From positions 1-12,801 of the forward strand of contig SHMW01000102.1 in NCBI GenBank assembly GCA_008080735.1: 12,801 nucleotides of DNA, given 5' to 3'. Source of the stretch: Promethearchaeota archaeon. Its GTDB lineage: Archaea > Asgardarchaeota > Lokiarchaeia > Sigyniarchaeales > SOKP01. The translations under genes and the position numbers were made by a program. Of the stretch, positions 1-7,646 are shown in pieces (positions within the stretch are counted from its first letter, which is position 1; each line of letters opens with the position of its first letter). Below the pieces are notes generated by a model that saw nothing but the letters and a program-made list of their open reading frames with translations, made no database searches and was not told the origin of the DNA.

Positions 1-81
1 TCGTTAATGCACACCGCCAAGCAAGTATTCGAGGATAAGGCTTTAGAGGGACTGAGTTTACCAGATCCATGGATAGAATAA
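1..81 (+). CDS. 3' end of a gene (partial), probably the split [NiFe]-hydrogenase large subunit VhuA/MvhA lacking its C-terminal Ni-binding segment
   Basis: Frame 1 reads SLMHTAKQVFEDKALEGLSLPDPWIE-TAA(79-81). SLMHTAKQVF resembles the helix that precedes the VDEGxLNxxEMxxRAYDPC segment in group 3c large subunits, and that missing segment is encoded separately at 1600-1752. Only 26 codons are visible. Confidence 0.45.
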   Translation, partial: SLMHTAKQVFEDKALEGLSLPDPWIE

Positions 82-129
82 ATAAAATATATTTTTTAAT
101 TAATTTCAAATATAAAAGAAGTGAGAATT

Positions 130-639
130 ATGGTAAGTGTTGATTATGAATTAAGAAAAAAAGTAATGGATGCTCATATCCATGATACACTGAAATACTG
201 TTATCAATGTAATCGTTGCACTGATAATTGCCCTATTTCCAAAGTTGCTCCAGAGAGATATGATCCAAGAAGTATTATCTTAAGTTCGTTTCTTGGTATT
301 AAGCCGAGTGTTTTAGAAGCAGAAGACCCATTTGCATTGTGGGGCTGTACAATATGCGATACGTGTGATGAGGTATGTCCGCAAAATATAGAATTGACTG
401 AGATTTTTGCTATATTAAAAAATATGAGCATTAAGAGAGGTGAAGGCCCTGAATATTATACTCAACAAGCATCGACAATTTACGAGAACGGGAAGGCAAT
501 TCCTATGCAATCTGCTATTGAGAGAAGACGAGACGATTTAGGGCTCCCTAAGATTGAAGCTCCTGATGTTCAGGAGATTCAAACAATACTAAATAAATCC
601 AAATTAAATGTAATTTTAGATAAAAATAAAGAGGAATAA
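130..639 (+). CDS. hdrC: Heterodisulfide reductase subunit C (2x[4Fe-4S])
   Basis: Two ferredoxin motifs, CYQCNRCTDNCP and WGCTICDTCDEVCPQ, and an HdrC-like C-terminus (RRDDLGLP). Lies directly upstream of hdrB. Start is ATG 130 or GTG 121. Confidence 0.92.
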   Translation: MVSVDYELRKKVMDAHIHDTLKYCYQCNRCTDNCPISKVAPERYDPRSIILSSFLGIKPSVLEAEDPFALWGCTICDTCDEVCPQNIELTEIFAILKNMSIKRGEGPEYYTQQASTIYENGKAIPMQSAIERRRDDLGLPKIEAPDVQEIQTILNKSKLNVILDKNKEE

Positions 640-641
640 AA

Positions 642-1529
642 ATGGCAAAAGTAGATGAATACAAGTTATTCGAAGGTTGCGTAATTGGAAATAGGATTCC
701 GTTCATCGAAGCTTCTGCAAGGAAAGTATTCGATAAATTAGGAATCAATACTTCTGAAGCTGCGTTCGCATGTTGCCCAGATCCTACTGGTATGAAACAA
801 GTCGACCATTCAAGCTGGCTGGCCATGGGTGCTCGAAATCTCACTCTTGCTGAGGATGAGGGAAAAGATATCGTATCATTATGTAATGGATGTTTCCAGA
901 CCCTAAAAGTAGTAAATCATGAATTAAAACATAATGAACATGAAAAAGCAAAAGTTAATGAAATATTGAAATCTGTTGATAAAGAATTTAAAGGGACGAT
1001 TAATGTAAAACATTTTGTAGAACTTCTTTCTGAAGTTAAACCAGAGAAAATTAAGGAAAATATCGTTCACGACTTTTCTGGACTCAAAGTTGCATGCCAT
1101 ACTGGGTGCCATTATAACAGACCTTCAGAAATCCTTCAAACCGATGATCCAATGGAGCCAACAAGACTAAGAGAAATCGTCAAATTAACAGGTGCGACAC
1201 CTGTAGATTATGAGGAAGAGATGCTTTGCTGCGGGGCGGGAGTGGGTAATGCCGAGGAAGAACCATCGATGCAAGTACTTAAAAATAAATTTGACAGCGC
1301 CTTAAGGGCAGGAGCTGAATGCTTCGTCATCAACTGTCCTGCGTGCTTCCAACAGATGGACACCAATCAGAGAAATCTTAAGAAATTATTCGATGAGGAT
1401 TATAACATCCCTATCCTATACGTGACAGAACTCTTGGCACTTTCATTCGGAATTAGTCCAGACGATATCGGAATGAGATATCACCGAGCACGAGCAAACG
1501 CACTTTTAGAGAAATACAATCTCAAATAA
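642..1529 (+). CDS. hdrB: Heterodisulfide reductase subunit B (CCG domains)
   Basis: Two CCG domains: EGC...ACCPD...SLCNGC and HTGCHY...MLCCGAG...NCPAC, plus IPILYVTELLAL. GAGGA SD-like motif upstream, 2 nt after the hdrC stop. Confidence 0.95.
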   Translation: MAKVDEYKLFEGCVIGNRIPFIEASARKVFDKLGINTSEAAFACCPDPTGMKQVDHSSWLAMGARNLTLAEDEGKDIVSLCNGCFQTLKVVNHELKHNEHEKAKVNEILKSVDKEFKGTINVKHFVELLSEVKPEKIKENIVHDFSGLKVACHTGCHYNRPSEILQTDDPMEPTRLREIVKLTGATPVDYEEEMLCCGAGVGNAEEEPSMQVLKNKFDSALRAGAECFVINCPACFQQMDTNQRNLKKLFDEDYNIPILYVTELLALSFGISPDDIGMRYHRARANALLEKYNLK

Positions 1530-1599
1530 AATATAACAATCAATATTATTAACAATTAAAATCTATTTCCAATAGGAATAATAACCTTACATAGTAAAA

Positions 1600-1752
1600 A
1601 TGAGCGAAGATATTGACGAAGGAGTAGTAAATCTCTTGGAAATGATAGTTCGCTGTTATGATTGCTGACTATCGTGCGCAGCTCACATCACAGTTGTTGA
1701 TGAAGAGGGCAAAGAGGTTTACTCACGTAAACTAAATGTTGGTTTGGGATGA
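1600..1752 (+). CDS. vhuU: Selenocysteine-containing F420-non-reducing hydrogenase subunit U (separately encoded C-terminal Ni-binding peptide of the large subunit), 50 aa, Sec23 (TGA 1666-1668)
   Basis: Translates as MSEDIDEGVVNLLEMIVRCYDC-U-LSCAAH-ITVVDEEGKEVYSRKLNVGLG*. The TGA falls at the first Cys of the hydrogenase RxYDPCxxCxxH motif, and similarity continues past it. A cleavable-type extension follows His29, and a SECIS-like hairpin lies downstream. Absent from the ORF track. Confidence 0.93.
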
Positions 1753-1809
1753 AGGTCCAATAAAAAATAGAGATTGGACACGACTACCCTGCGCGGGTTA
1801 TAACCAACA
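1737..1809 (+). promoter_or_regulatory. Eukaryote-like SECIS element no. 1 (vhuU)
   Basis: ATGA 1749-1752; stem GTCCAAT 1755-1761 / ATTGGAC 1773-1779; 11-nt loop AAAAAATAGAG; GA 1782-1783; side hairpin ACCC-TGCGC-GGGT 1786-1798; outer helix TGTTGGTT 1737-1744 / AACCAACA 1802-1809. The core lies 83 nt downstream of the Sec codon. Confidence 0.85.
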
Positions 1810-1815
1810 AATTTT

Positions 1816-3150
1816 CTATTTTTCTATCTTTTTTGCGAATAAATTAAACCCAGAAACCTTAGTAATTTCTACATTGACAAATTCTCCGTAATTTCCCGAA
1901 TAATCCTCAATAAAGACATTTTTATAAGCAAAATTCCTTCCAAATACTTGCTTCTGTGTTGATCCTTCATGTAATACCAAAACTTTCCCACGCCATCCCA
2001 ACCATTTTTCGTTAATGTACTCCAAACTATGTCTAAATAAATTTGATAAGCGGGTAGATCTTTCTTTTATGATCTGACTCTTTAATTGAGTCATTTTTTT
2101 TGCCTCTGTACCCGGTCTGGGTGTGAACTGGGAAATATTTAAAATTTCTGGTTGAAGCCATTTAATAAAATTTATTGTCTTATAGAAGTCATATTCCGAT
2201 TCCCCGGGAAATCCGCATATTATATCAGTCGAGATAGTAAGATATGGAAGAGTCTCTCTAAGAATGGCTATTTTCCCTATAATATCTGAAAGTGTGTAAG
2301 GTCGCTTCATCCTTTGTAGTACCAGATCACTAGCAGATTGTATTGGAATATGTAAAAATTGGTAAATCTTTCCAAATTCAAGAATTTCGATAATATGGTT
2401 TAGATTATTGATGAGAAATTGTGGATTTATCATACCGAGCCTCAAAAAGAATTCATAGTCAAGGCCATTTATCATTTCCATTATCTCATTTAAGTTTGCT
2501 CCATTATATCTATAAGTGCTGCAATCTTGGGATGTTAAATAAATCTGCTTAATTCCTTGTTTCAATTGATGCTGGACAGATTTTATGATACTAGTTGGTG
2601 GATAACAATTAAGCCGTCCGCGTGCGTTTTTCACACAGCAATATGTACATGCCCCGAGGCAACCTTCTGAGATCGGAATTATCCCCGTTCGTTTCCCTTT
2701 CGGATAATTCACTGCATACTTTGCTTTATCATATTTTTGATCTGAAATTACAACAAGATTATGTTGACCTGTGTTAATTTTTTCTACAATAGAAGGAATT
2801 TGAAATATTGAATTCAACCCTATAATCGCAGAGAAATTAGGAATAATCTTTTTTATTTTTTGAAGATAACTGGAAGAAATATGAGGCAAACACCCTGCGA
2901 TTATTATCTTTTTGGAAGGATTTTTTTGTGTGAATTTATTTAGTACCTTGAGTCGTGCTCTAATTTTATTTTCTGTTTGTTCTTTCACACCGCATGTATT
3001 AATAATTATTATTTGTGCCAACTTAAACTCTACCTTTTGATATCCTACTTTCTGTAAAAGGTCGGTTATAATATATGAATCCGCTTTATTTGCGGCACAA
3101 CCATAAGTCTCAATATAAAATGTTTTAGCTTGCGGTGATAAATTTTTCAA
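1816..3150 (-). CDS. Archaeal MiaB-like radical-SAM tRNA methylthiotransferase (e-MtaB/CDKAL1-type, t6A37 to ms2t6A)
   Basis: N-terminal UPF0004 domain (YIETYGC, INTC, AGCLP), radical SAM motif GCLGACTYC, HIPIQSAS, TDIICGFPGE and a C-terminal TRAM domain. TTG start. Confidence 0.9.
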   Translation of the reverse strand: MKNLSPQAKTFYIETYGCAANKADSYIITDLLQKVGYQKVEFKLAQIIIINTCGVKEQTENKIRARLKVLNKFTQKNPSKKIIIAGCLPHISSSYLQKIKKIIPNFSAIIGLNSIFQIPSIVEKINTGQHNLVVISDQKYDKAKYAVNYPKGKRTGIIPISEGCLGACTYCCVKNARGRLNCYPPTSIIKSVQHQLKQGIKQIYLTSQDCSTYRYNGANLNEIMEMINGLDYEFFLRLGMINPQFLINNLNHIIEILEFGKIYQFLHIPIQSASDLVLQRMKRPYTLSDIIGKIAILRETLPYLTISTDIICGFPGESEYDFYKTINFIKWLQPEILNISQFTPRPGTEAKKMTQLKSQIIKERSTRLSNLFRHSLEYINEKWLGWRGKVLVLHEGSTQKQVFGRNFAYKNVFIEDYSGNYGEFVNVEITKVSGFNLFAKKIEK

Positions 3151-3285
3151 AATTAGCCCAAATTATCCATTTAGTTATATATACTCTATAATAGGGTAAT
3201 ATCGAAACGATAAAAAAATTTTTTAGTTAAAAATATCTATAATAAAAAACAATATATCATCATCATTAATATAGAGGAGAATGAA

Positions 3286-3738
3286 GTGGTAAAATTCTAT
3301 TATTGTCCCGTCTGTAAAAAAGAGATCGAACCCGAAGATCGGATCCGGAAACCAATGGATTCTCTGGAAAAAGTCGCATGGGCTATTGTTATTATTGGAA
3401 CCGTTGGAATTGGATTAATCCCCTTCTTATTATATTATTTCTATTATAAGAAACGGAATCATTGTCCAACATGTTATGGTAAGTTAACTCAATCAAGTCA
3501 ACCATTCGAAAGACCGAAAGAGGAAGAAGTAGAACCAAAAACACCTCGCGAGAAAGTTCTAAAAAAAGCGGGAAAAAAAATTGAGCGAAAAGAGACCCTA
3601 CAAACCTCTGAAGAGTCTAAAAAAGAAAAGAAAGATGAAGATAAGATCTTTTGTCCATACTGCGGTACGGAGTTGAGTAAAAGAACCGCTAAATGCCCAA
3701 ACTGCGGTACACGTATTAAAGACCGAATTCAAAAATAA
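3286..3738 (+). CDS. Membrane-associated zinc-ribbon protein (LITAF-like N-terminal domain, charged linker, C-terminal zinc ribbon)
   Basis: CPVC, then a roughly 25-aa hydrophobic stretch, then HCPTC; Lys/Glu-rich linker; CPYC...CPNC at the C-terminus. GAGGAG SD at 3274-3279 before the GTG start. Confidence 0.75.
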   Translation: MVKFYYCPVCKKEIEPEDRIRKPMDSLEKVAWAIVIIGTVGIGLIPFLLYYFYYKKRNHCPTCYGKLTQSSQPFERPKEEEVEPKTPREKVLKKAGKKIERKETLQTSEESKKEKKDEDKIFCPYCGTELSKRTAKCPNCGTRIKDRIQK

Positions 3739-3849
3739 ATGATCTCTGCAAACCAATAGACTTAATAACTTTGATGGTGAAATAGATATAATGAGATTTA
3801 ATTGTTAGCATTTATCATATAAAAAAAAATAATATGGATTGATTATAAA

Positions 3850-4626
3850 ATGCCAAGAGGAAGAAAAGCTCGAAGCGCACCTGAAACAGCACCAGACCCC
3901 CTTGATGAATATAGTATGTGGGATAAAAGAGTCGCAAGTGTATTCCTGTATGCAACCATTATCGCTTCCATCTTTATCGCATCAGGAATGTGGGCATTAA
4001 TCATAGAAAGATTGATTATCTCAGGATTATGGTTTGATATAATTGGCTGGAATATTTGGCTTCAAATAGCTCTTTGGGCTGGAATTATTACAGGCCATCT
4101 TATCATAATTGTACTTTTTTACACTCTATTCAGAGGGGGGACTTTAAAAATATGCAGAGTAATTTTTAAGGACAGAAAAGTCGCAAAAAAATATGAAGAT
4201 TTTGATACTCTCAGATGGATTATAGGAGTTGCGGTTTTGGGTGGTTTGTTGACAATATTTTTCCTATTAGTAGGATTAGTCCCTCCATTTTTGGGATTAA
4301 TTGGAGACTTCTTTATCTTCATGTTTGGCCATTTTGAGATTTGGAGATGGCTCTTAGATCTCGGAATATTCATTTTGATAATCCTTGGTATATTTTTTGC
4401 GGTTTTATATTTCTGGAACCATGGAGTGTACTATGTGGTGAAGAATATTAAGCAAATTGAAGAAGAGATTGAGGTCGACGAAAGAATTAAAGAAGAACAA
4501 TTGAAGGATGCCGATGAGAAAACTCTTCGAAAAGTCTACAAGAAGGACACTGGGAAAAGAGCAACATACAAAGGAAAAGAAACGAAAGGCTACTTGGAAT
4601 GGAAGAAGAAGCATGGATTAAAATAA
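3850..4626 (+). CDS. Hypothetical integral membrane protein (about 4 TM helices) with a basic C-terminal domain
   Basis: 258-aa ORF with an ATG start, four long hydrophobic segments and a charged C-terminus. Confidence 0.85.
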   Translation: MPRGRKARSAPETAPDPLDEYSMWDKRVASVFLYATIIASIFIASGMWALIIERLIISGLWFDIIGWNIWLQIALWAGIITGHLIIIVLFYTLFRGGTLKICRVIFKDRKVAKKYEDFDTLRWIIGVAVLGGLLTIFFLLVGLVPPFLGLIGDFFIFMFGHFEIWRWLLDLGIFILIILGIFFAVLYFWNHGVYYVVKNIKQIEEEIEVDERIKEEQLKDADEKTLRKVYKKDTGKRATYKGKETKGYLEWKKKHGLK

Positions 4627-4640
4627 TCTAAATAAGATAT

Positions 4641-4664
4641 CTCTTTATTTTTCTCTTTATTTTT
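4641..4664 (+). terminator. Putative U-rich archaeal terminator (tandem CTCTTTATTTTT x2)
   Basis: Perfect 12-nt tandem repeat with T-runs, starting 14 nt after the stop codon of 3850-4626. Confidence 0.4.
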
Positions 4665-4731
4665 AACGATTTATACAAATCTCAAAGATAACCTAATCAG
4701 AGAGGTTCTAATTTGTTTACACTTGATTTAA

Positions 4732-5028
4732 ATAACTACTCGAGATGAATTTAAGAAAATTAGTACCAATTTGGGTTTCTCTGGCGCCATTGTTGTTGAT
4801 ATAACGATGAATAATTTAACATATATTTCACTTGCCTTACCTGATGGAGTTTATTATTGGAGGGTATGCTGTCAAGATCTTGCACGAAATTGGGGGAACT
4901 GGAGTAATGTAGACTCATTCACAGTTAAGATACAATCAAGTAATATTTCGCTCGGATTTTATTTTCTATTGATCGCGCTGGTAACTGGAGTAATCATTAT
5001 CTATAAAAAACATTCTCAAATCTTTTAG
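4732..5028 (+). pseudogene. 5'-truncated remnant of a surface protein (FN3/Ig-like C-terminal half plus Loki-CTERM-like membrane anchor)
   Basis: ISTNLGFSG...LPDGVYYWRV...D...NWGNWS is the second half of an FN3-like domain, followed by ISLGFYFLLIALVTGVIIIYKK. There is an in-frame TAA at 4729-4731 and no signal peptide. Confidence 0.6.
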
Positions 5029-5149
5029 AAATAAATATCATGAAATTTTATATGTTGCTTTTTTTTCATATTTATCTCTTAGATTTTCGATTTAAGGTAA
5101 GAAAATAAGAAATATTAAAAAATAAAGATAATAATTAAATTTTGAAAAT

Positions 5150-6004
5150 TCATCTTCGCATCATTCTCGGATTTCGGAATAAGTCGACCTCTGTTTTCGG
5201 GAGTCGATAATCTGTAGTACCAGTCTTTTTCATTTGTTTGAATGAGCGTTTAATCATTTTTTCACTATCCTTCATAAATTCAATCGAGCATGCAAATAAG
5301 ATTAATTGCTTATTGAAGGTGGTATCCTTTGCGTAATCTTCGTTGAAGATTTCTACTTCATATTCGTTCTGAATTGGCTGAGAATCTATTCGTGCTACTT
5401 TCACATCTCCTACGAAAATATCAAAATTTTTACCAAAAGATATTAGCTTGCTTTTTGCTAGGACCATTTGGAATTTATCTCCCTTCTTTTCTGGCAACAA
5501 GGGCCATGTCCATTGATCACCTAGTAAGCGCCACCCTTTCACTACTCGATATAAGTTATAGTCCCGTGGTAATTGCAAAAAGAATACGGGAGCAGGTCTT
5601 TTAACTTCCCAACTCTGGACTAATGAATGAGCTACACTTAATTCTACTCCTCCATGGAAATTCCCCCCACTAAGGTCTTTGCCATCAATTTCTTCCTCCA
5701 TTATAGTGAAGATACGCAACACAAACCTTTTGTATTCATCATCTGGAGTTTCTTCCCATTCTTCTTTATTGAATGCTAAAACAAACTTCTTTTCTCCATC
5801 AACTTCTATATCTCCTTCCATTTCAAAGCTTTTACTGTACCACCTCGTCTTGGCTTGATATTTCATCTCCTGATGGAGCCCTAGCTCTTCGTCATGAAGA
5901 CGCGTACGCCAGAAATTAACTTTTATCTTTTTATAGACGATTTTTTCTGGCTCGGGATCTTCTTCACTTGGTACGACATCTACATCTTGTTCTTTTTTTG
6001 CCAA
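5150..6004 (-). CDS. Hypothetical protein, probable LURP-one/scramblase/tubby-C-like fold
   Basis: 284 aa of alternating beta-strand pattern, with KLISFGKNFDIF...VARID...YEVEI...D...LILFACSIEF near the C-terminus. TTG start with AAGTGA upstream. The CDS is well supported; the fold call is tentative. Confidence 0.65.
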   Translation of the reverse strand: MAKKEQDVDVVPSEEDPEPEKIVYKKIKVNFWRTRLHDEELGLHQEMKYQAKTRWYSKSFEMEGDIEVDGEKKFVLAFNKEEWEETPDDEYKRFVLRIFTIMEEEIDGKDLSGGNFHGGVELSVAHSLVQSWEVKRPAPVFFLQLPRDYNLYRVVKGWRLLGDQWTWPLLPEKKGDKFQMVLAKSKLISFGKNFDIFVGDVKVARIDSQPIQNEYEVEIFNEDYAKDTTFNKQLILFACSIEFMKDSEKMIKRSFKQMKKTGTTDYRLPKTEVDLFRNPRMMRR

Positions 6005-6182
6005 AATATATCACTTTTTTCAAATTATTAAATTATACAATAGTGCTTATTAAATAAATGATTAATTTATTCATTTATAGTTTTTGTTTCTAATGGATTG
6101 ATCTTAGAAGTAAGATATCAAAAAACTAAGCTATAAAACAAAGGATAGTATGATTTGAGTAGAGAAGGAATGCTATGAAGTT

Positions 6183-7394
6183 CTAAACAAATAACTCTGT
6201 TGGGGTTGTTCTGCATTGACGTTTATTTATAGTTTTGTCAATTGATTGTAAGAAATCTGATTGGATTATAATCTCTGAGTTTCTCCTAATTGCAAACATT
6301 CCCGCTTCAGTACAGATCGCTTTAATATCCGCTCCAGAAGCGTCCTTGGTGATGTTGACTAGATGTTTTAGATTAACAGATTTATCAAGATTCAATTTAC
6401 GCGTGTGGATTTGAAAGATCTGTTCACGGGCAATTTCATTTGGCATTGGAAACTCTATAATTCTATCAAATCGCCCCGAACGGAGAAGAGCAGTATCCAA
6501 AATATCGATTCTATTTGTCGCTCCTATGAATTTGATATCTCCCCTCTCTGAAAATCCATCAAGTTCACTAAGCAGCTGCATAAGTGTTCTCTGAACCTCT
6601 CTATCACCAGACGTAGAATCTGTCAACCGCGTTGCACCTATCGCGTCTAATTCATCAATTAATAGTATAGCGGGTGCTTTTTCACGGGCTAAATTAAATA
6701 TTTCCCTTACAAATCTAGCACCTTCACCTATATATTTTTGGACAAGTTCCGATCCGATAACCCGTATAAATGCAACATCAGTCTCATGTGCGACGGCTTT
6801 CGCGAGCAATGTTTTTCCAGTACCCGGCGGACCATGGAACAAAATTCCTTTAGGAGGTTCAATTCCGACTTTAAGAAATAATTCTGGTTTCTTTAAGGGC
6901 AATTCAACCATTTCTCGTACTTCTTGTATCTGATCCTCCAACCCTCCTACATCAGCATAGCTTATGTCAGGAATATTGTCAATAACTTCCATTCCCCGAA
7001 TAAATGGGTCATAGTTCATTGGTAATATTTCCATAATCGAATATGTGTGCTGATTTAATGCGACCTCTATTCCTGATTCAATTGAATCTTTCACTTTTTT
7101 AGAAGTAGAAACGATAAAGCTCGGTCCACTTGAAGATTGAATTATTACGCGATTTTTATGAGGATCCAGCACATCAATTACCCTACCCGTTATAAGAGGG
7201 GGTTCTCTCAAGTGGTCTATCTCATTTCGTATACCGTGAATTTCTTGTTCCAATCGAAGCCTTTCAGCTTCCAAAAGATGACGCTCGGATTCAAGATTTC
7301 TTATGCGCTTTTCAAGATGTTTTACATAATTGAGTAGATATAAATTATCTTTCTCTTCTCGCTTATCTTCGTCCTTATTTAGTGAAGTATTCAT
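6183..7394 (-). CDS. pan: Proteasome-activating nucleotidase (AAA+ ATPase)
   Basis: N-terminal coiled coil and OB domain, Walker A GPPGTGKT, pore loop KYIGEG, Walker B IDELD, SGDREVQRT, GRFDR, and a C-terminal LFV (HbYX-like). Confidence 0.95.
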   Translation of the reverse strand: MNTSLNKDEDKREEKDNLYLLNYVKHLEKRIRNLESERHLLEAERLRLEQEIHGIRNEIDHLREPPLITGRVIDVLDPHKNRVIIQSSSGPSFIVSTSKKVKDSIESGIEVALNQHTYSIMEILPMNYDPFIRGMEVIDNIPDISYADVGGLEDQIQEVREMVELPLKKPELFLKVGIEPPKGILFHGPPGTGKTLLAKAVAHETDVAFIRVIGSELVQKYIGEGARFVREIFNLAREKAPAILLIDELDAIGATRLTDSTSGDREVQRTLMQLLSELDGFSERGDIKFIGATNRIDILDTALLRSGRFDRIIEFPMPNEIAREQIFQIHTRKLNLDKSVNLKHLVNITKDASGADIKAICTEAGMFAIRRNSEIIIQSDFLQSIDKTINKRQCRTTPTELFV

Positions 7395-7509
7395 TTAATT
7401 GGTGGGATTTATTTTTTCCTATCTTAAGCTAATGGAATTATTTTGCATATATATCATTTTCTATTTAATTTGAAAATAATGATTTTTGTAAGAGGGATAT
7501 AGTGCTTTG

Positions 7510-7646
7510 TTATTTTAGCCCGATCAATGGTAATGCCTCTCTAGTTGTCATTAAATGCTCTATGTTGAATCTGGATTTCTCAAAGCCTTTCCAACCTCTT
7601 TTGATTTATTTGGGGGATATGTGAAAGTCACCATAAAAAAGGCCAT
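7510..7646 (-). pseudogene. Internally deleted or frameshifted remnant of a small archaeal hypothetical protein
   Basis: GAGGTGA SD at 7656-7662, ATG 7646, then MAFFMVTFTYPPNKSKEVGKA. Protein-like sequence continues in another frame as FEKSRFNIEHLMTTREALPLIGLK-TAA(7512-7510). Confidence 0.55.

Noticed and set aside
204-1112. Minus-strand ORFs 204-431, 548-844 and 924-1112
   Set aside because: Antisense shadows of hdrC and hdrB with no recognisable motifs.
1567-1578. Small hairpin TTCC-AATA-GGAA between hdrB and vhuU
   Set aside because: Only a 4-bp stem and no SECIS core; probably chance.
4119-5604. ORFs 4119-4373, 4405-4614 and 5374-5604
   Set aside because: Antisense to better supported genes.
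6074-6137. Imperfect AT-rich inverted repeat between pan and the downstream gene
   Set aside because: Low complexity with many mismatches, and it lacks the SECIS consensus.
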